Positions 29,017 to 43,800 of a stretch of DNA of 64,000 bases are shown here, one piece after another. A model generated the notes under the pieces. That model saw nothing but the letters and a program-made list of their open reading frames with translations. It ran no database searches and was not told the origin of the DNA. Positions within the stretch are counted from its first letter, which is position 1, and each line of letters opens with the position of its first letter. A program made the translations under genes and the position numbers. The stretch comes from Trichoplax sp. H2. Lineage: Eukaryota. The stretch spans positions 992,001-1,056,000 of the forward strand of contig NOWV01000010.1 of the NCBI GenBank assembly GCA_003344405.1. The letters are read 5' to 3'.

Positions 29017-29066
29017 GTACTACCTAGAGACCCTTCTATGACATAGAGAGGGTCTCTTGTACTACC
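29017..29066. mobile_element. 34 bp palindromic mini-element (29025-29058) flanked by a perfect 8 bp direct repeat GTACTACC; possible hAT-derived remnant
   Basis: gtactacc-tagagacccttctatg-a-catagagagggtctctt-gtactacc. Confidence 0.5.
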
Positions 29067-31874
29067 ATGCAATGCAAAACCAGGGACTACTCAAAATTGT
29101 GAATAGCTCCTGACAAAATCAACATGGCAGCTCATGGAGACGACCATCGTAGACAGTATAGTGTACGGTTATAGACATGTAGCTCACTTGAAATGCCCAG
29201 TATGATGATCGACATTCATATTTGTAGTCCATACAACGTCGATCTCCGGTCCCTCTCTCCTTTTATTGTAGCGACATTGCTTCAGTCTAAAAGTTAAAAT
29301 TACACTGTAGGTCTGGTCATCCAATACCGTAGAATGGCGAATTTTACAACAATAACGGTACACTATCAATTGCTCAAAAAGAGGGTTATAGACATTGATA
29401 TCGTCAAAATAAACTATACAGCCATCTTCTTTAGACCTTCCTCTTTTGCCTCATATCAATTCGATACAACTCGTCGCTAAAATTGATCACGAGGATATGC
29501 ACCGATTAATCTGAAATGAAAAACATCACGCTCTACCTCTACAGTATGGTCGACGGAATTGTACCACTGTACATTGTAGTAGTACCAGTAGACAACCCAA
29601 AGCGCCCAAAGGGAAAAAGTAATGGACAACTTGAAAGTTTATTATTCGCACATACTTAAACTAGTACACTGTGGTATTGCCTCATCGTTGTTATTTGATG
29701 TACTAAAACAGTCTGTACCTTTTAAAAGCTAGAATAAAAGTATTCATGAATTCATTTACTGCTCTTGAAGCATGGACCATTCTTAGCAGTACTGTATACC
29801 ATTCAAACACAAGTAGAAATTGAATAGAATGGACTTTACTGTAGTATAGGACAGTGAATATCAACATTATATATCACTAATTCACTATCGCCATACTCTA
29901 CAGTGCACATTATACTGTATAATGCACTAGACTGGACTCAGTAACCTGTTGATTGAAATTAGACTCCCTAGTTCCGTATAATATTTTTCACCCTTTGGAG
30001 CGTTATGTACTCACTGTCTTGACTCCTTGAATACTGGACGTGCCGTCATTAATAATAATATATACGGGTATATATAATTAATTAATGATATCTTGATTAA
30101 ATCGATAGTACACGAATAACTACAAATAATAATCTCTATACTCATCAACTAACACTGTTAACCATTCCATATTTATCTACCTAGAGTAACAACCTATATA
30201 TACATACGTGTATATATATAACATATACGTATATATGGTATACATAGATTATAATCTTACGTAATATGTCACTAAGCACATGCTGTACTTATTCTTATTC
30301 AATTCTTTCTAAATAAGTATACGCATGATAATTGACCATATCGAAAGTGTAGTACACATACATATAGATGTTCTGCTACCAAGTATCATATCAAACTGTT
30401 CATTGATAAAATTACAAATTAATTACAGCCTGTGCACAGTATTTAACCAACGCCTGCCTGTTCAATAATTATATAATTAATGAATGAATGATGATATAGA
30501 AAAGTAGTCAAATGTACTGTATGACCTACAGTACTATGCTAGCAATGGTTGTAAATTAAGCACAGTTGGGTATTTGGCTTCAAGTAATCTTATAATAACA
30601 GTCACCTGCAGTAAATTCAACTAGAATCAAGTTGATATAATACATGCTTAAGTCATAATAAATCTCTATGATCTCTCTCCTACCATTCAATATAAAACAA
30701 AAGTCGACAACTTTCCAATCTAACTCTATTAATTTAAATACCAATCTAATGGCTGGTTCATCTAGTTTTATACCATCAATTTAATTGCTTAAGATTGTAA
30801 ATCTTATTGTCGGGATACATTTACTCTGATCAATCTCTGGGATTGCTTCAATTTTTAGCTTTTAGCGATGCTATAGATCCATGCTAATGTCATTGCATTA
30901 AATTGCCTTTCTATGCATTCATATACTAATTCGAGAGCTACTTTATTTAGCTATATACGGTCAATTTAATTAGTTAATATTAGGTATATTTATGTCTGGA
31001 AGTATGTATTTACTTCGATTAATCTCCTAGATAATTTCAGTTTCACCTTCAAATTATGCGTATACAGTAATACTGTATCGTTGTACTAAATTTTACTTCT
31101 ATACATTAACAACAAAACGTGCTGCTATTACCGATTAACTCCATACATTATCCGCCTACGGGTAACCTTTCCTCACTATTCTTATTCAAGCAATTCAAAC
31201 GTTTAATACATCTTTAAGCACAAAAACTATTAAATAAATTACTTTTTGAGTAACATCTTGAACGTATAAATGTATGTGAAGTTATTTCATTATCAAATCG
31301 ACATCCATACATAACCTACAATAAATAGTAAACATCATTCAACAACAAGCACATTAACATTACAATGGCTTAATTTTAGGCGATGTCATGGTAATACACT
31401 ATATTGAAATCTATAATATTGTATATAAAACTTTATACCCATTAGTGTCCCTATTGTAACTCATTGCATTATATCGTTCTGTCCTGTCATATTTACTGCC
31501 AGAATTTTACGTCTGTAAATTTATTGCATTCCGTTTAGGCAACTACTCCAAGGCTACGCTTGGAAGATAAGCTAAAATATTGGTTACCAAGGTTATGAAT
31601 TTCGTTATCGCAAAGTAAATTATGATCGGTTCATATTTTACAATATTATGACTTATAAACTGCTAGTCCTTTGCCAACAACTTAAAGTTAATACTTTTCT
31701 TATTGGGTTTACTCAAGTTAAACAACTACCATAGATTGATAAGACATGATCGATTTTACGTATTTTGGAATACGCTAAGTTGCGATTGTTTACCTTCATC
31801 TTGAAAAAGTAATTAACCAATCAACCTTATCTTTACCTTGAACGAGATTAGAGAAATTGAGGTAATTATTTAAA

Positions 31875-34800
31875 ATGAGTACAGCAACTATTTCCGATCA
31901 ACTAGTACTGACTACTGAGGCATTCCTTCTTACTTTCAACGTCGATCGAGCCCAATGTCTCCCATACAGTCGATTCAAGGTAATTTCATATTTAAAATAT
32001 GAGAAGGAAATGGTAGTGATAGTTACCAAGTTACTGTTGTGTGTTTAATAAACAATGTTATATGATAGTTTCAATCAGTGGTTAGGTACCATCTAAAAGC
32101 AATAATAAGTTATGGAATGGCTAGTGTAGTTAGTATGAATGTTATAAACAAGATTAAGAAGGCAGTGTATCTATAAAATTCATCGGTAATACTAATTTAA
32201 TATTTTAAACGACAATCTCCGGAAGCTAGAAGAGCATTTCAAGATAAGCTTAACTTTACTTATGGTAATATTTTGTTTTTACTGTTACTACTTATTTCCG
32301 ATTATAGAATTCTACTCTTAGCAATTTGGAGAGCATAACAATCATCAACATTACTGGTATAGGACAATTAACCGATATATTTTTAAGCCTACTACTAAAA
32401 AATTGTCCTAAAATAGCGACTTTGATCTGTGATGGATGTAACAACTTAACAGATGCTGTATTTCAGTCATTAATTGAATATTGCCAGGATCTAACGACTA
32501 TTAGCTTCAATTATTGCCCAAAATTAACGCATAAGGCACTACAGATATTAGGCAATTCAACATTAAAGCTCAAGAGTGCGTCATTTGTATCTTGTAATAT
32601 CATATACATCCCCTCAAATTTTGTCACATCAATAGCTAATCAAGATGGAGCTTACGATTTGAAAGGAAATCCAATCCTAAATATCGATCATAAATATTTG
32701 AAGTGTGTCAATGTCAATTCTATCGAGGATAAAATATTCAAAAATGTTCATAAACAGGATATTAGTTTTAGGTAATTAAAGTCAATCATAGTCGTTTATA
32801 ATTATAAAATGGTAGAGAATGTAGTTACGCTATCGTAGCCATTTCCTCTTACATTGATATAACTTCTTCATCATGCATCTTACTATTCATACTTATACAG
32901 AATTAATGTTATTGGCAATCGTGGAGTTGGAAAATCAACCTTTATAGCAAATTTATTGTCTTTTGCTAAGCAAACATCCAAAGATACCAATAGCAATCAT
33001 ATTCTTCATCAAGAAATTAACTCAAATCTAACTATCGATTGGAATATAACAGAGTGCACAAGTCAGGTATAAATACGCGTATACATGCTTATATTTATGG
33101 TTACATCCTATCGCTTAAGTTTATCCAAAATAAGAGATAATTTCAATATAATAAAATTGAACAAAGAGTGGTAGCAAACAGTAAAAATCATTCATTAATT
33201 AAATTTTAGTACTGAGATCGTAGTGTCATGAATCAGGAGTAATTGAAAATGAATATAACTACAATCCTGCCAATCTAGATGTACAGTATACGTACGATAT
33301 TATTGCTTGTAAGGTGACTCATATCATAAATTCAGTATATAAATGTAATATAATCTTTGCAGGTAATCTGTATGGATGAATAGTTTATTCTTAATGCTAT
33401 CATATAGTTTGATTATTCTTTGATTATTTTTTCACGATTTTAGGCTATGGCCTATCTTGCAACGGAGGAGTGCCCTCTTAATCTAATTATGTTTGATTTG
33501 ACAAACCCCGAATTCTTACATTGGTTAAATCTCGTAAATTATAAGGTTAATAACTCAACATTGGATAAGATAATGGATTGTAATCGTTATTCATACTTAC
33601 GTATAAAGTTACGTTGCTTCGTTTTATTATCTAGATAGCTAATCACAGATATTAGGAATGGGATTAACTTCATTTCGTATAATATCTTTCGTCTATCTAT
33701 CAATAAAAAATTTAAACATTTTCCATTGTCTTGTATTTTTTAATAGTGCCCAAATAGTATAACTATTCTTGTTGGCACTCATGCTGAAGAATTTAACGAC
33801 GCCTCCATGGAATGTGAATTAATTTATCAGAAAGTGGCAAACCCCAAAGATAGCCCGATAGAAGATCACTTATCGAAAGATAAATTGGATCAGATATTGG
33901 CTTCAGCGTAAGTTAATTTCTAACATTGAAACGAAATATAATTGGGCTTCTAAAGATATACCGATGCCTAAGTTCAGTGGCTACGGAACGAAACTTACAC
34001 CTAATCATTATAATTATAATTAGTTTATAATAATTGATTGTTGATATCAATAGTTACTATCGGTATAGCACATCAAATTATAACTGGTTATTGTTTAGAT
34101 GAAGAAGTACAGTAAGTATATCCCAACAATCACGCATTTGATAACCATTATTATCGAAACTTTAAGCCTTTTAACAATAAATCATTGATTGCTATTGTAG
34201 TTATTATGGAGTGTAATTATAATTAATTTACGGGTTAATATTTACTATAAGAGATAATATATCTATCTTGTAATTTAATTAGAGACTGGACTGAGGCAGT
34301 AGATTCTGACCTTGATAATCAAAGAAATGTGAAAGCTATTTGCGAATTAGCTAAATCTTCGACAAAGATTCACAAAAGCGTTTATGCGGTTAGCAACAGA
34401 AAAAATGACGAGGTTATTTACTAATTTTTATTGGAAAAATTATCTTATAACTGCTATTTGCATTAATAAAATAAATAGTTCATAATGCTAATGCGATTTA
34501 ACATTAATATAATGAGAGGTATTAATAATTGATATGATTATAAATAGGAAATGGCAAAAATTTTAGACACTTTCTTACAATGTGGCAAAGAAATTTTCGA
34601 TAATCAAGCTCAGCCATACTATTCAGTATCGAAAGATTATGAAGAGCTCTATGAAGATATCCTGAATCTATCCAATCAATATCCTTACTTTCGATTTTCT
34701 AAACTTCACTTGACCTTATCGGAAAAATATGAATCTACCATGAAAAACAATCTATTGAAACCTATACTAAAGCATTTGCATCTTCAGGTTGATAAAACTT

Positions 34801-37800
34801 TAGAGTGTATTTAGTGTTAAAATATTTGTATTTATGATTGATACGCACATAAAAGTATTAATACTTAAAAGGCCCGCCAGTAATGAAAACTGAATCAAAT
34901 CGCAATAAAAAAATATTTTCAGTGTTATTATTGACTTTGGTCATACAGAATAGATTACATTTGAACTCATAGGATTTAATGGCGCATAACCTGCTTATAA
35001 ATGCAATGTTGTGATATTATTTCTTAAGTTAGGAACAGTGTATTCCAATCGTTTATAAATTATTAACATTCATTTCTGCATTTTTTATTCTTCTATCAAT
35101 CAATTAGGGAAAGCTGTTCTTTTTAGACAGCTTTGCTGATCCATTTGTTATTTTTAATAAGAGCTGGTTAAACCAATGTCTTACTAGTAATATTCCTTAC
35201 GATCAACATGTTGATGAAACATTCCAGGTATGAACATTAGTGATAGTATTTTAGAATTTTACCGTCACAGTATGCAATAAAGTCGTTCTATCCTAAATGG
35301 GTCTTTACGTATAGTATATCGCTACTGACACATTTCAAATAATGTCCTGTATTATCTATCATGACGAGATATTAACTATTAATAAGCTATTAAACAATAA
35401 TAATTACCACAGGTGAACATTTCATCATTGTATATTAAATAGTGATAACTTTCTCCAATTGGAAATATAATTATGTGTCGTAGTCTATTCTCCATCTTAA
35501 TACCTGGCATACTACTAAATCATAACTTTTAAATAACATGATAGAGAAATATTGACGAACTGCTAATCAACACTGGAGCTTGTTATATATCTTATTTCAA
35601 CTACGACGCTATTAATGAAAGTAACGGAAAGACATATACTGCAGATTTGCCAGATTCATCGGGGCTAGACATGGTAAATATGAGTAGTTGATTTGGATTA
35701 TATTAGTATTTAAATAAAATAGATATGTAAAAAGTAGATTGGAGAATAAAATTTAGTATGTAATCGCAACTACAGAGAATTCTAGCAATAATATCTTATC
35801 CTATATGGATCTAACTCATCATGAAAGATTTTTCGTGCTCACTAGATATTTAAATGAACCAAGCACATTAGATGTTACGTCCTAAGGAATCTATACTGAT
35901 TTACATTCAGAGTCTACCCTTAGAAACTTCAAAATATTTATGACTTTGTATAAAAGATTATTAGCCTTTAAACATTTAAATCATCAACAAAGCTATTGAA
36001 TGTTGTGATTCCAAAAGATGTATAATAATGTAAAGTAGCTATAAGTATTCACAGATTTTCGAAATATCCATAACTTTGCTTCGGCAAATTATTGGCTTTT
36101 AAATATTCAAATTAATGACACTATTGAATATTGGGATGATCAAAATGTGTAATAATTTACCGTACTAATCAACATTTTAAAGTTTACAAGATGCTTGCGA
36201 CTTTTAATTAGGAAAACTGTTGGCCTACAGTAGATGAAGCTGAATTTAGCACTGAAATCAAGTATACGATTTGGAACCTTCCTGTGATAGTGTTAAATCC
36301 TTTACTGGATAAAGCTATAGCACAGTGTTGTCGATTAGCTACTAATATAATTTTATCCTGGAAAGAAGGAGTACTCTTGCGATGTGGTCATATTCAATGT
36401 TTAATTATAAGGAAAGATAACAGCAAAATCTTGGAAGATAAAAATATGACTTTGCAGTTATTTGCAAAATGTTATGATATCGATGACAAAGAAGAAATAT
36501 GCCAAGAAAGTTTCTGGAATGTCGTATTGGATTTAGGATTATGTATCGAAGCAGTTCTGCATACTTCAAAGTTGATAGTCAAGGTAATGAGTTTATACTT
36601 ACATCTTCAATATTTATATTTGGTTTCTCAGTTAAAAAATTGCATATTTGTCTTGCGTTATATTGGGCTCCATAATCATTACATAAGTGTAATAAATTTC
36701 CTATGCATGTAATCATGCGATTAAAACTGATAAATCATGACTTTTAATATAAATTCTATCTAAAGTACATTTTAGTCCTTGGTATCCAACTAATGCACGC
36801 TAATTAAATAAAAATTTTAGTCAGAGCTCAATCTCAGTCATATTTATGTTCAAATTTACGATCATAAAGAGATAGAGATTTAGATTTTACTCAGAAATAC
36901 CAAGTCATTTTTTAAATTTTGGTCAAATCTCTGACTCAGTCGTATTAGTATGCGAAGATACATAGAAGAATGGCTACTATACCATAGGATCGTAGTCTGC
37001 GTATGAATAGGTATTGCCTTTGCTGAAAAAAGGATCTCAAACATGGAGAGATTGAAATAGTACTTCTTACATTATTGTGAGCTGATTAGGTTAAAGTTGA
37101 TTCTTCTTTCGTCCTGTTGCTTGTTTCAATGAATACTTGAAGGTTTTAGTATATACTAGTATTCTATTAATTATCGTAACAGTTTAATGAAAAAATGACT
37201 AACGATTGCCGTAGAGTAAAATAAGATCTTTGATTTATTATGCTAGAAAATTCTTTAATCATGAAAAGCTTATACCTTTATCTATAGAAAGAAGTAGCTT
37301 GTCCTAATTGCGTTAAAAATACAACATCGAAAATGCACTACCTTGGTATTAATGAAGTCAAGCAAACTCTGGCAAGCAATTCCGGTAAAGAATTAGTTTG
37401 TCAACAACAGAACAAGAGTATTTCTGTCCGTGATATACAATATTTTGGTAAGATTATCTTACTTCGTAACTATTGCATCATATCTTAATGGCTATTTTCG
37501 GATATTTTAAGTACGAGCCGCGAGATTTTGTCGTCTGAAACTGATAAATTCTTTACTATTATTTGCCTAATCCTATAAACTTTACTTTCGAAAAAATAAA
37601 TTTGATGTAAATCAATAGTATTACTCAGTTAAAATTAATGTCATAAATGAGATCTAAAATTAGCAATTCAAGCCGTTTTAACTAAATTCTAACCCACTTT
37701 CAACAATTTTTATTAGTCAATGGCAAATCATCATTTTGCGTAGGCCATCAATTAAGTTATTCTAATGATACTTTAGGCTGTACACTGTGCAAAAGGTTTG

Positions 37801-40800
37801 TTAACATTATCAAAGAAATGCATTATACACTTTTAGAAGATATGAATTACGTTATTAGAACTGCTACTGACCATCTATTTCTCCTAAATTCAATCGTAGA
37901 TATCCGAATTCCTTTATACCAGTGCTTTGTTGTCAAGACTGTGGTCGATGTCATCGCTGTCTTACCGACTTTAAAGTAAATTTTTATTTTTTAAATGATT
38001 AAATACATTTTTATACTTTATCCGTTCAATTATAATATTCGAGCAAGTATAGTATTCATTACAGTAATGTGTTTGATGACCTTTGCTGATTTTATTTCAG
38101 TGGTTGAATAATTTAATCATTTTCTTGTGTAGAAATGTTATTTACTTATGGTTATATTATTTCATATAGGTATTAATGGAAAGTTTAGAATGTAAAAAAC
38201 TAATTAATCGCTCGTTCTGGAGCGAAACTAGCAATATTATAAGCATTGGCTCTGTTTTACAAGCCTGTGGTGAATATGCTTGCAGTGCTATTGGTGCAGT
38301 CTCACTAGACACAATCTATCCAAATAAATTTGAATTTTCAGTGGATGCGCTGTTATCTTCCGTCTTTTACTTCTATTTTGGCTTAGTATCGGAGCATCAT
38401 GATAGTAGATTACCTCCAGGATTTACTGATAAATCTGTTGGCTTCTCTTTAATCGATAATAAACTTTTTATTAACGCTAAAGAAACCGATTACAGTCACC
38501 ATGATACATCATTTCAATTGGGATCACATAATAAACTTTCTTGTTGTTTAGATCGGATATCACAAACTGAGGTAATGGGATAACAGTAGGATGTGAAATT
38601 TTCTGAACAGCTCACGAAATATTAATTCTCATTTATATTTAATAGTATTTCTGTGGCATGGTCTTCCTATTTTATTCTATTGATCCTTTGCTTCGTTATG
38701 TTTAAATTTTATTTTATTTTAGGTTCGCGTATCATTCGTAGTGGACAGTATCATTATCGCATCTTTTGTGCATGAATATCACAATCAAGGGTATTACCCA
38801 ATGATATTTTGTTCTCATGACTGTTCTCGATTATTTATTCATTCAACTATACCTGCAGTAAGTGTTGAAATTAGATTTTAAGTTGGACTTATAGCATTAA
38901 ATATTATAAAGGGCAGATATATATGTCATTAATATACAGGTATGACATATAATCTAATAATTGTGATCATTTTCCGACTCTTTCGCACGGCAGATTGACC
39001 AAGTAGGAAAGCGAGCTGCTATACCGGTATCAAAAAGGAAAAATTATGTTGATATTGGTGTAGTTATTAAAGACTACAGCAAATTGGTAAGCTGTACATA
39101 CATTAAGACTAGTATTTTTAATATTTTCTGTATTGGATAGACTACTGATGATTTTAGTGAAAACCGATGACATATCATCAATCAATGACATCAATCTCAA
39201 AATAAGTACAGTAATAGCCTTAATAGCGTACTTTACACGGACTAAATATCGCAGTGGATTAGATTCCTATTTCATCAAGATTGTCGCTATGTTGACAGAA
39301 TTCCCTCTAGATACAAAATATAAATATAAAGTCATTTCCTGTGACCTTTCCTGATATAAAAAGATATATTAAAATATGTTACTCTCTAATTATATAAAAA
39401 ATGATAAGATTGTCTATATTAGATTAGAATAAAATTGATCAATGATGATTGCAGTCATTACAAGTCAATCGTATGCCAATTTAGCTACTAAATTGCTATA
39501 CTATATTAATTAAAAGATTGGACTTTGATTGATACACGATAGAAGAAAATAGAGATAATTAATTAAAAAAGTCAGGCACTGGGTTGCCCGCTTGAGGCAA
39601 TTTACATCTACGTAGTTTACTGTATTTTCTTCTCTACGATATTCGTCTTTCATAAAATGGTTTTCACGATTGGAATAATCATATTTATTTTTACTAAAAT
39701 TATAAACCAAACAAGAAATATGACCGCTAATTGTTATTTATTTAGAATACCAATTATATAGCATCTTCGATTGGAGAGATTGTTCATATATTAGAAAAGA
39801 CAAATAATGACCACTATAAAGCGAAAAATTTATCTGAACAGAGCGGTTTAATTCCTATAGACTGCATCAAGGTTTTATCCACAAATAGTATTAGATAAAG
39901 ATTTTAATGATTGAATTTAATATCATTATCATAACCTCTACTACTAAATGACTAATTTCAGAAAATATTGGCCATTGAGAAAGCTAGCTTACAAAAAGGA
40001 GATTGGATAGAATTTTTTGATGCAGCTGATAAAAGCAATGCTGAAGTCCACATCCTTCAAGTGAGTGCTGTTAAATTGCAAGAAATTGATGTTGAAATCC
40101 AAGTAGACTTGCAAAAAAAAGAGAAGCGAACGATTCCTATTGACAGTCCTAATATCCATCCACTTGGATGGGCTCTCTCAACAAAATATGAAGTCACTTC
40201 ACCTACAGGTCTTTACTTTAATACCATATCAGCAGAATTTAGATTTCTGAAGGACTTGAGTTTTGTTCATTTAAGCTAAAGTATACTCTATCCTCTTATT
40301 AAACTAAACATGTCCCTTTATTTTCATTTGATATAGGTTATGTCTCCAAACTTACTAACGCTATTAGTGATGGTAAACTCTATTATAAGGGTCAACGAGT
40401 TGAAATAAAGTATTCCAGTAGTTGGTATAAAGGAACTGTGTTAAAGACGAGATATTGCGATACATTCAAGGTATGATAAATAAATGCAATATGATAGCTT
40501 GCAGAATTGATATACAAACTTGATAAACTGTTAGAGAATTTCAATCGAGATATAAGTTTGATCTACTAGTGGTGTAGTTGATTTATATATAGGATCTTTT
40601 CCATACCTTATTCACGTAAGGATTGAAAATGTGATATCTTTAATAGACGAGTTATGTGGATTCAGAATGGCATAGCGTAGCCAGAGTAAATTAATTACTA
40701 GCATGAACCACAAGAAGTTTTCTTTTAGTATTTCGTATTTGTGATGGAGGGTTCAATATCTCAGAGTATTGAGATTTAGTCGCCATTTACAATTATTACA

Positions 40801-43800
40801 CCAAAGGGTTTATAAAAGTTATGCTTTATTGTAGGTTAGAAATGTGAAGTACAGTGAGGTAGTTACGGTAGATCAGCGTGCGAGCTATCGTGAGTAACGA
40901 GTAGAAGTATTAGACTGTAAGAGACAAACTAGAAGACTAACTGAGAGGCTAACGATTTCTGAGGTAGAAATCGCCGGTATTTATAGTTTTAAAGATAGAG
41001 CATATGCAGAGAATAGGATTGTGGAATTAGATACAACATATACCATAACAGGTTACAAAATAGCAGATGATTGTAGAAAAAAGCGAGTACCGTAATAACT
41101 AAATACAGTAGTCTATATATGATTGTAGAGTAAGCGGACTGTAGATCTGTCTAAATATTAGAGCAATACAACATGTCTATATTTAAGAGTAGAATATAGT
41201 TACAGTATATTCTAAATACACTACAATATTAATTGCTCCGGCATATTAACATGCAGTATAAAGGCTATTTATGCATAGAAGCACTAAACCCTAAAATCTT
41301 TCTCAGGTAAATCGATGCATTCAGAACACTATAAGGCAATCAAAATAAATCAATAGCGCGGATTATTAGAAGATTTGTTCTAGTACTCTCTACTGATAGA
41401 TACAGTTTACTAAGAAACAGTATAAAACCTTTTGCAATATACAGCGATTAAATACTTTAGTCTTTTCAGACAATTCCATGTGTTTAATCTTTAACTGTAT
41501 TATGTAGCTAAGGTAAATTAATAGACAGACCATGCATGATTTTCTTCTAGTAGGCTATGCTAATAATTACAGTAAGCTAACATATAAAGCTATTGTATAG
41601 AATGATTATGTATTTATTGTATATGAGCACAGCTTTATTGATTTAGTTAAGCATCAAAGTACTTTCCAACTCCTTGCTGTATCGAGAATACACATCTTAT
41701 ACTGTATATGCTATTCTAAGTACATATTAATCTACATAATACTATGTTAGGCTACAGTGCTGCATCATAATATGAAAGTAGCACTTCGTCTTAATTATGT
41801 ATAAATTGTATGTATGTATAGATATACGTCTAATTAGTTATACCATGGCTATACAATTACACATTAATTACATATACTCGTACGTAAATCTTAATAGCGT
41901 TTTTCACTACAATATTAAAGTTATTTTTCAGACAAATGCATCAGTAATAATATACAGCTGTCAAAGAAGATTATCATGCAAAAATTGTATCTATGGATTT
42001 GTAACTGTAAATGTTGTCAACAATAATAAATGCTATTAAATTGGCGCATATAAAATACGAAAATACACGTATGCTGTTATAAGTAAATGATTAAAATTCT
42101 TTCATTCGTTGCTGAAATCATTTTTTATCAGATTCATTACGATGGCTGGCAAGATTCCTATGATGAGACGATAAGTCGAGAAGTATTAAGGGGTAGAGAT
42201 AAGACAGCAATTTCACCCGATACTTCTATTAAAGTTGGCGATAAGGTGGAGGCTAAGTGGCATTCTACTTGGTATAAAGCAACAATTTTGCAGTGTTTCG
42301 AGAAAGAACAGGCAGCCTTCGTTAGATATGATGGTTATAGCTCCAGCTGGGATACTTGGTTCTCCGGTGATAGTCTTAAACCGTTAAAATCAAAGGATGA
42401 TAGCGAAGGTAATAAAACTATAGACAATGCTTATCAGAATTTTGATAATGTAATTGCATCCTATCCTTCGTCCCATTATATATTACTGATACATAATGTA
42501 AATGACTATTGAATAATATCAGAGCGTAAAGGAAAACCATTAAATCTTATTGAATGTATACAAGCTGAAAATGGACGTCCAGCTCCGTGCTATGCCTTTA
42601 ATGAGGTTTGCATTTGCTTTCATTATTTCATATATTGGAACTTTATATATTTTGATACTTTATATATGTGTTATACTAGATGAAAATGTAAGTATATAGC
42701 TATTATTGATTCTCGTTTCTGCTTTTAAATAGGAGCAAATAAGAATTAATCCAAAAAACTATCAATCTTGTCGTAGTATTCAAGGAAATTACTCAGGTTT
42801 GAAAGAAGATAATCGTATCCTAATATTCTACAACTAAGGTTACTTAATTTAGCGCTAATTTTTTATATCTATTAGCTGTACTACTAATAATGCTATCTCA
42901 GACACTGACCTAAACTATGATTATATGCCTACAATATATCAACTTAGAAAACTTTGTATATCATCTTTTTGCTTCATATGACGGATATTCTGCTTAGACG
43001 ACAATATTAGCCCTTAATATAAAGATGATACAATAACGCCCGTGTTTAAAGAATATTCAGGGTGACAGAAATATTTTACTTCTGACTTTCAACGTAATGA
43101 GCAGAACATCGATTACTTTTTATCGTTATCAGTAGATCGAGTTGTAATACTAATCTAGTTCGAGCCCTCCAAGTAATTGCACTGTAGCAGTTAATTTACA
43201 TTATTAAGAGTAGATTAAGTTTCAATCAGATAGCTTAAGTCCTTTGAATAGTAAAATATTTTGCAACAGCTGTACTTTAGATTGTTATGAAAGCTCTCAG
43301 AGTATTTACTCGTATATTGTAATTTCGTAGCGCCTACTATTCGTTGGTAGAATAGATCGAGTTCAAACTATCCAAGTGATTTGCTTTGCATACACACAAT
43401 TAAATTAGATATCTAATAGTTACTGTAAGTTCTCCGAGTACAAATTATATTGCCATAGAAATTGCTTTATATTATTACGTTTACATGAATTTTTCAAGAA
43501 ATAAAAGTCTTATGCAATTATTATTAACTGTTAGTGATCGAGAGACTGTCAGAAAGAAACTTAGCTATCGTTCTGAAAGAGATACTGGATGCTAGACGGT
43601 GGCAATATCCTATTATGATGTTAACATTACCAGAATTTACTGATTTAATCCAATTAAGCTGCCCTGTGCTGTCCCAGTTACAATATTGCCAAAGTTCAGT
43701 TGTTCACTGCTTATGCTATTCTCCAGGTAAATCGAAATAAATTTTTCTAGACAATTTTAAATCACATCTAGCCCTACACTACATATATTCTCATAATATC

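Noticed and set aside
34099-34111. 13-nt micro-exon (AG|ATGAAGAAGTACA|GTAAGT) in the Roco gene
   Set aside because: Inclusion would break the frame, and the flanking exons join in phase without it.
40690-40786. Minus-strand TGGCGAC as a primer-binding site, or a 31 aa ORF MATKSQYSE
   Set aside because: Not preceded by an LTR-terminal CA, no gag-like sequence follows, and the ORF is too short to support.
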